64,000 nt of DNA, taken from NCBI GenBank assembly GCA_002269645.1, contig NIVC01000513.1, positions 124,001 through 188,000 of the forward strand, given 5' to 3'. Positions within the stretch are counted from its first letter, which is position 1, and every line of letters begins with the position of its first letter. Shown piece by piece: positions 41,101-53,181 of this stretch. This DNA is from Macrostomum lignano (taxonomy: Eukaryota). A program made the position numbers and the translations under genes. The notes beneath the pieces are model-generated. The model ran no database searches. It was not told where the DNA came from and saw only the letters and a program-made list of their open reading frames with translations.

Positions 41101-44100
41101 GCCAGCAGAGGACAGGCTCGGTCAAGAATTTCCACGAATTTCTCCTGAGCCCGTTCTCGACTCAGGTCTCCGAGCGACTGCCAGGTAGCCCTGGTTAAGA
41201 GACATGCGTGAATAATTTATTTATTGGGATAATTTTCCTAACTCGCATAGTCTACTCGCAACAGTTAATTAATTAGCCAAGTTTACTTTCTATCGCTGCC
41301 AACCACATCCAGCCACCCGACGCCAGGCGAAGCATCAGACTTGTAGGGGCCGTGGGCCACCTGCTTGCAGTGAGCCGCTAACTGAAGCCGGTCCTGGTAG
41401 CTCAGGTGAAATGCTTTGCCTTCTTTCTCTGGGAATTTCAATGAGATTGGCGCATGAATGTAGCTTAAGTGAGTATTTTAGCAAATAGTTAAATGACAGT
41501 GTCATTCAGCCTGATCAACAATAATATCAGATTTTTTATACATTTTAAGTTTGTTTAACTTGTTTTTTAGATAAAATTTCTATTGATGGTTTAGCAAACA
41601 TTAGGGAAAATGGAATTGATTTATTTTGTTATGAAATTTATATAAAATGTAAAAAATTTTCACACAAAAATTCTGGTAAAAAATTCAGATGTTAGGAGTG
41701 TAAGGAAAACCCTATACTTTAGTCATTGGGTGACTCTGCTAGTTAGCATTCTCCCCCCACATGGATCTTGGCTCAAGATGGGATATTTCTGACAATATTG
41801 CCTAGTTAAATAGTTGTATGATAGGCAATCATAGTTTATACTCAGGACCATTGCAAAGTAGTGGACCTTCTTGATATTTTTTTTACCCAAGTGCCCTGTA
41901 TGGCAATAAATGTATACTTTGCAGTAAGACACTGTCTCTGTAGCTAGTAAGCCAAACAGAACACAGAGTCATCCTCTGAAGACCTAAAAATAGCAGCAAC
42001 CTGGCTTAGCAAATCATTGGCATGACAACATAGCTAAAAGGGCAAAGCTAGCTGCAACCAATTAGTAAAAGGGTAAACAACAAAATACAAAGGCAGTAAA
42101 ACTAGGAAGATTGGTTGAAACTATTTGCAAATGCTTAAGCCAAAGCCAATTATACCTTTGCTTAACCATGGGTCATATACAACTGAAGGATAGGATACCT
42201 TTGCACAAAAACAAATGCAGCCCAGGCCATAGTATAAAGAAGTCATATAAAGTCTAATTTAATAAAAATAAAGCCCCTATTAGAAGAAGTATTCATTTGT
42301 GCATCTTCATCAAGTCTTTGTCTGACATGCTTAAGAAAATTTGGCAGGTGCAAGTGCACATAGATGTGCACATGTGTAGTTGCACACATCCTATAGATGC
42401 ATATGCGTACATGAGCTACCATGTGCACAAAAGGTATCCAGACAGAATCTTGTTGGCTTTGCTTTCTGAGAGTTTGACATACTCTAGAAATTTAAAGCAT
42501 TGCCATCATTTTTATAATGTCTATGGCCCAACTTCTGCCTGGAATTTTAACCCTGATATGCAAAATGGACTCATGCTATTCATCCTTTTATTTTGAAAGC
42601 TTTGTTTTCAATCCATGGATTTGTCACCCCAAGTTGTCACAAAATGGCAAGCTATTCCTTGGATCTCAAGAAGCATGTTGCTACCAACTTGACTTCTGGA
42701 ATGAGCATGCGAATGTGTGCTGAGAAGTACTCAGTAGGGAAGAGCACTGTCGGTGATTGGGAGAAGCTGCTGGATTCTGGCGACAGCCTGGAACCAAAGG
42801 AGAAATTGGGACGGCCACGGACAATCCGGACACCAGACTTCATGGCCAACCTCGAAGCCAAGCAGGCAGAAGACCCAACAAAGACAATGAGACAAATTGC
42901 CCGAGAGGAAGGAGTGCATATGAGCAATGTACCAGACTACATTATATGTATACATATACTCAGTAGCAAAGGGTACCTATATGTAAATTTTATATAGTAG
43001 TTTTTGCATCAAAAAAGTATTTGCATTTGAAGTGGCAATGAAGTTTTTGACTTATTTAATGGCTAAAAATAAAAAAATTCTGCTATATATACATGTATTT
43101 TGTTCCTCATGAGCAGTGAATTAGAAGTAAAAATTGAGTGTTAGTCATGCTAAACTTTGTTTTTTTGAATTTCAATTTTGGAAAATTTTGATTTTGATTT
43201 TGGAAAGTAAATGAATTTTGATTTTGATTTTGTTAGAAAATTCACTTGTAGAACATTTCTAATATATAGATTTATACATGTACATTTATATATATAAACA
43301 GTGTTGGGCACCATTAATGAAAATCTTAACTTCCATTAATAGCAAAAGCGTTAGCGTAAAACAAAAAATCTTAACTTTTTAACTCCTAATTTCGTTAAGT
43401 TAACTGAAAGTTAACTGATAATCATTAATAAGCGTTAATCCATTAACGTTAACACAGAAATACAGAAATCTTGCACATTTTTTTCCGAATCAGACTTTGT
43501 ATTGCACGTCTTTGCTATTCCATCTTTTTAGCAAAACACAGAGGTCATCTAAGCAATTTGAAAGCTTAAAAGGGTAATAAATAATCATTTTAAAAACTTG
43601 CATGCATAATACTACTAAAAGTAAAGCATATGGTAAAAAAGTAACTTATTTTATTTGAAACTTAAAAGCTAATAACAAGAAATTCATAATTTAATATGCA
43701 TAGGAAGGTTATTTCAGTACCATTAGCAGGCGCAGCAAAAAGTTGCGAAAGATTGGGACAGAAGTGAATCAAAGCAATTGATGCTCACGCGCAAGAAATA
43801 AAGTTTCACACTATTTTAATTCATTATTTTAAAGTTTATTTGTAAGAAGTTGTTAATTACATGTACGTCTGTATGATCATCGTCATAAATAAAGAGATTA
43901 TATTTAGGCATTTAGGTAAGCTCAAATACGTTCGTAATGTTTAAACTTCTTGTAAGGCTTCTATTTTTTGTTCCTTCTTTGCATCTTTGGTTATTGACAT
44001 AGACACTACCGTTAATGATGAATTTATCATTAATTAACAAAATTTTTAACACAAATTTGTTAATCCGTTAGTTCAAAAAAAATCTTAACGACAGTCCGTT

Positions 44101-44964
44101 AACATTAATTAAAAATCTTAATGCTTATTAATGCTTATTAACAGATTAACACTTATTAACGGACTGGTGCCCAACACTGTATATAAATAAAGTTTTATTA
44201 TAGGACAAGAAAGCTTGATTTATAATTTAATGTGTAATACTAGAAGAAAGATTAGATCTAAAATAGCATTTTTAAAATACTTATGCTTACTTATTTAATA
44301 GACTAGGCTAAAACAGAATTTGAATTTGTAAATATTTTTAAATTGAATATGACTATGTCTAAGATTAAAAAGAGAACATTTAGTAGCACCTATAACAATA
44401 TTAAGTAGAGGGAAATACTTAAATATTAAAGACCTATAAAGGTATAGCATAGGGCCTAATAAGTAACCTTTATCAATTGGTAGGCCTAACACTATAAACT
44501 TTCATAAGTAGGCATAAAATCATAGAACCCTACTACTTAGACACTATACTTAGTGACTAAGGATTTTCAGTAATTTACTAAGTAATTTTTTTGCAATAGG
44601 AAAGCCATTTTATATATTAATAAATAGGCCTAGCATTCTAACTTTCAAATTCAAAATTGTATCTTCAAATTAAATATTAGATGCAATTTGCATCATAAGT
44701 AATAGCAAGAAAAATCTAGGCTAGGCTTAGTTTTAATGCAATAGAAATGTAATGCAATATAGTAGTAAGTGGTAGTAATGTAGTAGTAGGTTGGGCCTAA
44801 GTAAAGCAAAAAAAACATTTAAATCTATTTTAGGTAGTAGAATATTGTATTAAAAACTGTAAATAGACTAAAATATATAATCAAAATCAACTACACTCAC
44901 GACTCACCTTTAATGAATCTGACGCAAAGTAAATACAACTCATCCAGGTTGAATGAGCTCTCAC
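32133..44964 (-). CDS. ACBD3: Acyl-CoA-binding domain protein 3 (GCP60); exons 44964-44908, 41428-41287, 41190-41026, 40466-40305, 39609-39338, [35550-35372 or 34509-34280], 33382-33163, 32353-32133; first exon not located
   Basis: ACB ([24 protein letters not shown]...[10 protein letters not shown]...W), Q domain ([24 protein letters not shown]...[11 protein letters not shown]), GOLD ([28 protein letters not shown]; [35 protein letters not shown]). All splice phases are compatible. Confidence 0.95.
32367..33060. repeat. 20-bp tandem repeat (GACTCAGATGGGTCAAGCAG)n in the last ACBD3 intron
   Basis: Directly visible. Confidence 0.95.
33880..34258. repeat. Degenerate CT/CTA-rich repeat (ACAATCTACTCTCCTATCTACT-like)
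   Basis: Directly visible low-complexity array. Confidence 0.8.
35030..35220. repeat. 27-bp tandem repeat (GATCGGGACTATTTAGGGATCTGCAAT)n
   Basis: Directly visible, lying between the two alternative ACBD3 exons. Confidence 0.9.
35800..37935. repeat. 45-bp (and 44-bp variant) satellite CCCAGATCACTAAACTACAGATCCCTGATCCCAA[C/T]ACTCCAGAGT
   Basis: Directly visible, about 2.1 kb, highly homogeneous. Confidence 0.97.
37948..39293 (-). mobile_element. Full-length mariner transposon (irritans/Hsmar2-like ends)
   Basis: 29-bp TIRs CGAGGTGTATTCAAAAAGTTCTTTTCGGT with one mismatch, TA on both flanks, single intact ORF. Confidence 0.95.
38046..39107 (-). CDS. Mariner transposase, about 353 aa
   Basis: WVPHLL, GDETW, HDNAPAH and [10 protein letters not shown] motifs (mariner DDD triad); no stops. 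Confidence 0.95.
   Translation of the reverse strand: MTESFSKQDVRSLMKFQFLQGKKPPDMFRELQQVLGNCAPTEQTVRKWYRLFAEGRESVEDNGRSGRPMAATKETAVKKVQELLDDDRRRTCEELAEDVGVSVGSVHTILTERLLLQKKFCKWVPHLLTGEQKMQRTLASSSHLRRFHREGEDFLSRIVAGDETWVYSWDPETKAQSAEWLPAHSPRPQKAIRKQGAIKIMHVMFFDSQGILLNWAVPQGTTVNGDYYKWILQEKLRPAIRKKRPGLLESGVILLHDNAPAHRKHNVVELLSKWGWEVLQHPPYSPDLSPCDFFLFPSVKKHLRGIRFDSVEHIEAACNQAVRQTDASGVSSGIRGLVNRWQKCKDIGGEYVE
39806..40035 (+). mobile_element. tRNA-derived SINE
   Basis: A-box-like TAGTATGGTTAG, B box GGTTCGAATCC (39857-39867), SINE-body motif TTGTGACCTTGAGCAAG, (TTA)n-like tail. Confidence 0.65.
40545..40950. repeat. 21-bp tandem repeat (CTCCAATCTATCAATCTC[A/G]CA)n
   Basis: Directly visible; the 7-aa-periodic ORFs are artefacts of it. 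Confidence 0.94.
42644..42931 (+). mobile_element. IS630/Tc1-like transposase N-terminal HTH fragment
   Basis: [12 protein letters not shown]...[12 protein letters not shown]...GRPRTI...[15 protein letters not shown]; catalytic domain absent. Confidence 0.7.
43299..44179. mobile_element. hAT-family non-autonomous element, 881 bp
   Basis: Perfect 15-bp TIR CAGTGTTGGGCACCA / TGGTGCCCAACACTG, perfect 8-bp TSD TATATAAA, subterminal TTAAC/TTAAT repeats. Confidence 0.9.
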
Positions 44965-45734
44965 CTAAATAATGCATTTTTTGAAAAATGATAACTACCT
45001 GTTTAAATTACTATATTTTGCGAATACAACATAGGCCTATAATGGGGGCCTGGTTCGAAATGAAAATTGTTTCTGATAGTAAATCGACCGAGTATGCCGG
45101 TAGTCAGATGTACCTACTTAGGATTTTGGATTTTATAAGTTTTTTAGTCTATTTTTTAATTATTTAACTTCCACACAATGCGCAAGTTGAATTTTCCACG
45201 CAAGCGCTTCATTTCGAAGAATCGGGTAGTACTTAAGTATAGTTTTATTCCATTGAAATAAGCAGTATTAAAATATACAGTTGAAATATTTTGAATGCAG
45301 CATGTGGCAAAATTTCTAAAAGTTTTTTCAAGTTTGTTATAATAAACTAACATTACACGTTTAAGCAAGGCAGAAAGGAACCGTGCGATCGAACTTCTGT
45401 TTCGTACGGGAGTCTACAGCAGAGCACTATAGTAAGCGGGCCGTTGCGTAGATCGGTAGAGCTGGTCTTTGCGGCGAATGTAATAGCTACACATGTAAAG
45501 CACATAAATCAAGCCGCTCACCCCGACACCGACAAGCTGACAAATAAAACAATTGCATGTACTTGTACATGTACTTGTATACATGTACTTGCATACATGA
45601 AATTATAGAATCCTAATTCCCCCAACAGAAATCCATAGACAGTCTGAGAATCCCTTATGGAAAATTATAGGAAGCTGTACATCTTTACTTGTGTGTCGTC
45701 TCTATCTGTCTGTCTATCATCTAAATTACTCTGT

Positions 45735-46395
<661 letters not shown>

Positions 46396-47720
46396 TCTGT
46401 CTTTCTCATTTACTGCCGCAGGCTATTGTCGCTCGCTCGCACACATGACTCCGCATCAGTGATGATGCGGCAGATTGCCTGTTTATTAGTATCACGACTC
46501 AGCATGTTCCAGTTCGATAATGGAATTATTGGAGCAAGGAGGTACTGAGTCACTGGAACCACCTGCAGAGTGTGATCACCGCAGCAGCTTCAAGGCAGGC
46601 CTCTTAATTGAGCAATGAACCGAAATAACTACTACACTTAGCTTGAAGTACAAGTACAAGATTTGGACTGGCCGGGTTGAGTCAAGTACATGTAGATGAC
46701 ATTCAAAGAAGTATTTTACAGCCGCTTATCATTCTTATAAGATTCTTTCTTTAAGATTTGAAATTCATTCTAAGCAAGGCTTACACGTACATGTATGATT
46801 GAATACAATATGTCTTAACACAACCAGCACGTCTTAATTTTTAGTCCACCAATTCCAGAATTCACTCCTCAGTTTCCGAATTCACTCCTCAGTTTTCGAA
46901 TTCACTCCTCAGTTTAAACAAATTAGTTTGCTTAAACTGAAAAAATTTCTAGACTTTCCAAGCCCCAAAACCTGTGCACTCAAACGAGCGTGCCATGTCC
47001 TCAGATATGGTTAATAAGCATAGACTGAGCACACAGCAGCATTTCATTGGCACATGAGCACAAGGAGCATGTCTGGATGGCGGGTGACACTAAATTATGA
47101 GATGGAGGCTCACGGCCTGGAATTGAGCGATCCAATCAAATTGTGGCAGGAGCTGAACAGGGCTGACAAACTGCCATCATGCCCGTCTATAAAACTGGAC
47201 AGGATCCTTGAGGTGACTCGTTGCCGCAGTTTACCGCTCGCTTGCCATCTCGCCAAGATCAAAGCGGCCGCCGACAATCCCGTCGAGAACACTTCATTCT
47301 CAAAGTGTGAGTCGCTTATTTTGTTTTTATTTAAATGTAACACGGTTTCTAACCAGCATTTGAATCCTTTGCTAATGGCTATTTTCTCCCCAAAAAATAA
47401 ACTCGTTAGTCTATTTTGATCACAAAATATCGATGTGAGCTGTCCGTTATTCGTCCAGGAAGGGGACACTCTTGACTAGGAGGGGCCTTTAATCTTTGCC
47501 GCTCTGCTATTCCCTTTTTGGTTTCGATCGGCTTCAAGTCCCTCTCGAATGTGCTTTAGCAGCTTTCACAGGCTTTTAGATTAATGGCTAGGCAAACAGA
47601 ATAGGGGCGCGGGGTCCAAGCGGTACAGCAGCATAAAATAGACCCAGCCGGAGCCCTCACACGCTTGCGCTCATCGCTTCTCACTCTCAGACAGGCAACA
47701 ACTCTCTAAACAACTCTGCC

Positions 47721-48221
47721 ATGGCCAACCGTCCGATCGTCTCCTTGGTGCTGCCACTCCTGCTGGCTTCGTTCGCCCTGATCGCCCTGAGCGCCGATGC
47801 CGCCGCTTCCGACGGGCTGGCCGGCGAGGCTCAGCGACGCGCCGGCTACGAGTCCTTCCGGCTGAAGCGCGGCTACCATTTCTTCCGGCTGCGCAAGGCC
47901 GCCGGCGAGATCTGCGGCGGTTTGAACGAGGTTGACGTCGCCGTGCTGTCCCGGCTGGCGGTGAGCACGGGACAGACATCGTCCTCCGATGCTTATTTGA
48001 CGATCACGTATTATTTGCATCTCTGTCAGAACCGTAGTCGCTCAGAACCTGTGCTTAATCGTGACCCGGCATGCCACATCGATCGTGAGAAGATCCACCA
48101 ACAGACTTTTAGTGCCCCCCCCCCCAACGCGGTTGGGTTTCCCTGTTTATTTCCGTACGCCCTGAACCACTCATTGATGCTAAATCTGCAGTTCTTGCCC
48201 TCGGATCCGGGGCCCAGGTGA
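47721..48221 (+). CDS. Neuropeptide prohormone (signal peptide; RR-AGYESFRL-KR-GYHFFRL-RK); 3' end uncertain, may be spliced after about 47930
   Basis: Hydrophobic N-terminus MANRPIVSLVLPLLLASFALIALSA and two related dibasic-flanked peptides. GYHFFRL is remembered from planarian secreted-peptide prohormones. Confidence 0.75.
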   Translation: MANRPIVSLVLPLLLASFALIALSADAAASDGLAGEAQRRAGYESFRLKRGYHFFRLRKAAGEICGGLNEVDVAVLSRLAVSTGQTSSSDAYLTITYYLHLCQNRSRSEPVLNRDPACHIDREKIHQQTFSAPPPNAVGFPCLFPYALNHSLMLNLQFLPSDPGPR

Positions 48222-48972
48222 ATAATTTAGTAGTTGTCTCCTGAAGTTCAACGCTCATCCATCTCTTTAGCCTCGGCGGCGGGGCATAAATCCATCTCAA
48301 TTTTTTTCTTAGAGCTGCTCAACGAACAATATATTATTTCCTGCATTTGTCTATTTTTAGAAAATGGCTCACTCTGGACATTTGAACGGCCAAGATCGGG
48401 AGCTTCTGCGCGAATTCGTTCAGGTACTGAAGCTCTGAATGCTGACAAAGTTTGGTTGTGACGACCGACGGTCACTTGTCGGAAAAGTTGAAATGTGCGA
48501 ATGCATCCGATTTGATCGAGACCTGCCCAGCCAAACTGCTTTACAACATGAACCATTTTAACAACGCGACAGAAAATAAATAAAATCGTAACTGAAAATC
48601 AACGATTTGGAATAATTATATTGCTCGACAACTTTGAGAAAGTTTTGCAAAGCTTAAAAGCTATACCAGCTTGGTCTTTCTGTTGTTTTACTTTGATCCA
48701 CTTTTATAAAATATTCGACTCAAAATTTGAACAATTGGTACAGTAATAAAACAAAGAATTATGTTTGTTCTCCTGACAACATAGCTACGATAATAACTAC
48801 GAGCGTACATGTATCTATAGAATCCTACCCTCCACCTACGAAGGTCTATACACCAGCCCAGCAATCCCCCCTATTGAAAACAATAGACTGTCTGTCTGTC
48901 TGTTTGTCTGAGGTGGAATGGAGCCTGACGGGACTTAGCGGGCGCTTGGAACCGCGAAGGTCTGAACAGACC

Positions 48973-49589
48973 TGATGGATAAACGTCTGGGTCACACCCG
49001 AAGTGATCACACAGTCTTGATTTCCAGAGAACCGCATGGAATTACTGAGCGGCAAAATATCAATCTGAAAAAAGGAAGCCACACACACGCGGTCGTAGGA
49101 AGCAAGTTCTGCATTTGCTGGTTTAGCGTCAAACATCTTTTTGTGCGGATGAAGCCACTGTATGATGAAGCCAGGATGAATCCAGAGGGTATTCGTGTTC
49201 TGCAGCTGGGGTGAAATCTTACTCTTTGCTCCCAGTAAGACAAAAATCCTTTTAATCGCTGTAGATTGAACCGTAGCTTTTCCTGTCATATATTGAAGTT
49301 TGCGGCTCAATGTGCAGCAAACACAGAAGTTGTCTGTTAGCACTTTGTTTGTCTTCAAGTTCTATCCCTGCCTTGCGATCTACAGTATGTCTGTCTCTTA
49401 TTCCGCTCACAACTTCATCGCGCTTACTTTTACTTGGCCTTTCCTTGGCTGCCAGGTTAGATATTGCAGACTCAAATAGCAGCCATTATTGTGAAGTGAA
49501 ATCGATCTCAAAGCAACACAGCTCTCTGATCCAGATGTAAAAAAATCTGACTCCGCGCCACGATCCCCGCGGTGTTCAATTTTGTGCAT
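48973..49589 (-). other. Possible internal exons of an unidentified gene (about 49589-49428 and 49206-48973)
   Basis: Open, phase-0-compatible segments bounded by AG and GT; no recognisable domain. Confidence 0.25.
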
Positions 49590-49674
49590 CTGTGGAGCTT
49601 ATGAAAGAACTAGGCGTCAGATTACACTGACAATGGATCTTCCCGAATGTTGCATGCCCCGGTTATGCAGAAGC

Positions 49675-50526
49675 CAGTGGCCCATGCAGACAGTGGGGTC
49701 AGCGAGGTGTCGCGGCCCCTTACCACCCCCATAAATCGGCCCCACATACAATGCGTTCCTCCAAAAACTAAATGAAAAAGCAATCAAGCTTTGCAAATAA
49801 CGGGAGCTCTACTTCTTGGACAGGGGCGCCACCAAAAGACAGGGGCGCCACCAAGAGACAGGGGCGCCACCAAAAGACAGGGGCGCCACCAAGAGACAGG
49901 GGCGCCACCAAGAGACAGGGGCGCCCACCAAGAGACAGGGGCGCCCACCAAGAGACAGGGGCGCCCACTAAGAGACAGGGGCGCCCGCTAAGAGACAGAG
50001 GCGCCCGCTAAGGGACAGAGGCGCCAAACAAGAGACAGAGGCGCCAAACAAGAGACAGAGGCGCCAAACAAGAGACAGAGGCGCCAAACAAGAGACAGAG
50101 GCGCCAAACAAGAGACAGAGGCGCCAAACAAGAGACAGAGGCGCCAAACAAGAGACAGAGGCTAGGCGCCAAACAAGAGACAGAGGCGCCAAACAAGAGA
50201 CAGAGGCGCCAAACAAGAGACAGAGGCGCCAAACAAGAGACAGAGGCGCCAAACAAGAGACAGAGGCGCCAAACAAGAGACAGAGGCGCCAAACAAGAGA
50301 CAGAGGCGCCAAACAAGAGACAGAGGCGCCAAACAAGAGACAGAGGCGCCAAACAAGAGACAGAGGCGCCAAACAAGAGACAGGGGCGCCTACCAAAGAG
50401 ACAGGGGCACCTACCAAAGAGACAGGGGCGCCTACCAAAGAGACAGGGGCGCCCACCAAGACATCAAATATTGGCGCCCCTTAGGGCAGCAGCCCACTTG
50501 AAATATAAATCCTGCGTACGCCGCTG
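49675..50526. mobile_element. hAT-type non-autonomous element with internal 19-21-bp minisatellite (AGAGACAG[G/A]GGCGCC...)n at 49820-50460
   Basis: Ends CAGTGGCCCATGCAG and CTGCGTACGCCGCTG; flanks GCAGAAGC / GGAGAAGG (6/8). The array is directly visible. Confidence 0.6.
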
Positions 50527-53181
50527 GGAGAAGGACATTGAACAGCGATTTCCTTAAAAGATTTACTGCTTATGTTTCGCAGTTGCTTTTTCAATTAATC
50601 CATGAAGCTGCGATATGCATGCATTGATAAAAAACTGCAAGATTAGTGTCCTCTAGCTGAGCTGGCAGAACCGACGGGACTATATGACTTTCTCGCAGAG
50701 AAAATACATAAATTTATGAGCTTTTGGTGGAGCAGCTAGATCTTTTCCAATTATTTAAGCAACTCAATTTATGAAAGCCGAGGATTACGTTATATTGTCC
50801 ACATGTAGAAATCATAATGGAACTGATTCGAAGCCAAGCTAAATTTGTACATTTATGTATTTCGCAAAGCCCCGAGGATCGTGGTAGCAAACGCTTGACG
50901 ACCTGAGGGCTTAAGTTGTTAAAAATTATAAGCCAACCCGTGGTAGGATACTATAACGAAAGAGTAAAATCGTTAAAACAAATCTAAGAAAATTATTCTA
51001 ATTGACTAGCTAGGAAATGCCTGCCATTTTCCAGATCGAAGGCTTCTGTAGTGCTGTCTGGTTGCCACACACACTGCTGCAGAGATTACGAGTTTTTAAT
51101 CCGTCTAGATTTTTCGACTTATCCTGCATCCAGGATGCTGACTATGCACCCGATTTTATATATGGTTAAAGGGGGCGGCAGGGCAGGCGGCCAGCTGAGC
51201 TGAGATTCTAAAAATGAATTATGGTGCCATTGTTTTTACACAAGTGATCCCTTCGACGAATATTTGATTGGCGCCGCAAGCGAAATTCCATATTCTTTTA
51301 ATACCGGGAGGAAAAGGTTAAGTCCGAAAAAGGACTTTCGACCATAGACCAAATTTCGACGGTTGAAACCGATTAGGGCGGGCGCGATCGAGGCGAATGG
51401 AAGGACAGGAAAGGGAGGGAACTTTCAATACCATAGACTAAATTCTAGTGCTCGTGATTAATTGACTCTGGCGGCTGAACACAAAGGCTTCTGGAAGGTT
51501 CACTAAACCAGTCGCTTCGGAAGACGTGTGCTACCACCCTAAACCAAGCTGGCGTCAAACGCAGTGACTGATTGCATGAATCATTGGGTCACCGCAGCAG
51601 TGCTGTCGAGAGCTGCAGCTATTGAACTCTAATTGCACTCTATTAACCAGCCTACTGAGTTAGTATAAAGTTGAGCGCCAGCACAATTCTTGGACTACTA
51701 ATTTTTCGCTACTTTTTTACGACTTTAAAACTCACGTGACGCGCTTGTGATGCAACAGGATCGCCTCTCCGTCGCATTTGAGTTGTTAAAAAAGTCCTGA
51801 GACTCCCCAGACGCACTAGAGAGATTTGTTTGCAACGAATTTTAAGCAACTCTTGTCTCGTTATCGTTTTCAACGGGTCTCTTCTAAGAGCAAGTTGATA
51901 GCCAACGGCACTGACAATTACATCGTGACCCATTACGTGGGAGTGACTACTGTACGAGTGATTAATAATAAGGACTATAAATGTACATGTACTTTTGCAG
52001 TTTTGTCGTACTAGCAGCAGCGTTTGATTGATTCTTACTATGTTTTTGCTGTTGCACACGAGAGGGCGTACATGTATAATTTGACCAAATAAATATTTTA
52101 ACCAGACTCAAGTTGAGGCCATGTTATAAAGTAAGTCGTTGACCATAGTCTACGCGAATTCCAGGGTAAAGAATAGGGCCAAAGTTTTTTTCAACGCGAA
52201 CAAAAAGAATGTTTGTACACGTATGCGAATATAAGCAATCAATTCCCACTTGAAAAATGCGACGTCTGTTCCTAGTTAAAGTCACTTTCTTCCATGTTAG
52301 CCAGCCGATCAGGTAAGTTGGAAGACGGAAGAATTGTAAAATTAAATAAGCGCCTCACAAATTTAGGAGTTATGTCCGAATTTATCTACTGCACTTAGTA
52401 GTGCGCAAAGTTTTTGGCAGTAGTAGTGATCCAAATGAGGAATTTCGTGTTTAGAAGCCCTTAGCACCAAATCTCAGTAGTTTTTGGCTTGCCGTAGCAG
52501 CGTTTTCATACTATTGAATTTGGCGAAAGTACGCAACTCTTATCAAGGATACGAGTCTGTTTAATGACAAAAACATGCACGTGCGTGTATTTACACTATG
52601 TCTATAAGTAAATAATGAACAATTTGCAAATAATGGAAATTATTAAGAAACAAAGTTAGAAAAAACTAGTAAATGTATTAACTATGCTACTAACAGGGGG
52701 AAATAGGGATTAAGAAAAGCAACAGTCTTATATAGCATGAAAAAACAGGGGAGTGGGAGGCTCCAGGGCCTCTGATAGTACTGATCGGAGTAGTACTGAT
52801 TGTCACTTCCGAGTATCAATATCGAGTACTCGCGCACCCTTATATATTCGTAATGTAATTTAATTTAATAAGACACCTAGTTATCCCGAGTACCGAGTAC
52901 GGAAAAGACCCCGAGTTATCCCAACTAATACCTTGAGTTCTACCTTGAGTAGGACACCACCACAGTGGAATGAAAATGGGTATTGTATAAAAAAGGCATG
53001 AGACTACACGGGCAGTTGCAGGCACAGAGGAGTGTTGCGCCGATCGCCCGAGATAAAAGGAACGACATTCTTCTTCTTGTACCTAGCCCGTGGTTACAAT
53101 TTAGGAATTGAATTTATCCACATTTTTATGTACAAAAAAGACAATATTTTTGTAAATTAATGGTAGTTAGCTCACACACTT

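Noticed and set aside
47054-47469. Overlapping ORFs on both strands
   Set aside because: No recognisable domain and the coding strand cannot be decided.
51342-52155. Recurrent CCATAGAC/CCATAGTC motifs (also near 24064, 28429, 28581, 39195, 45633)
   Set aside because: Could be MITE termini, but I could not pair them into an element with TIR and TSD.
52961-52990. CACAGTG heptamer as a Transib/RSS-like end
   Set aside because: No nonamer at 12/23 spacing and no partner end found.
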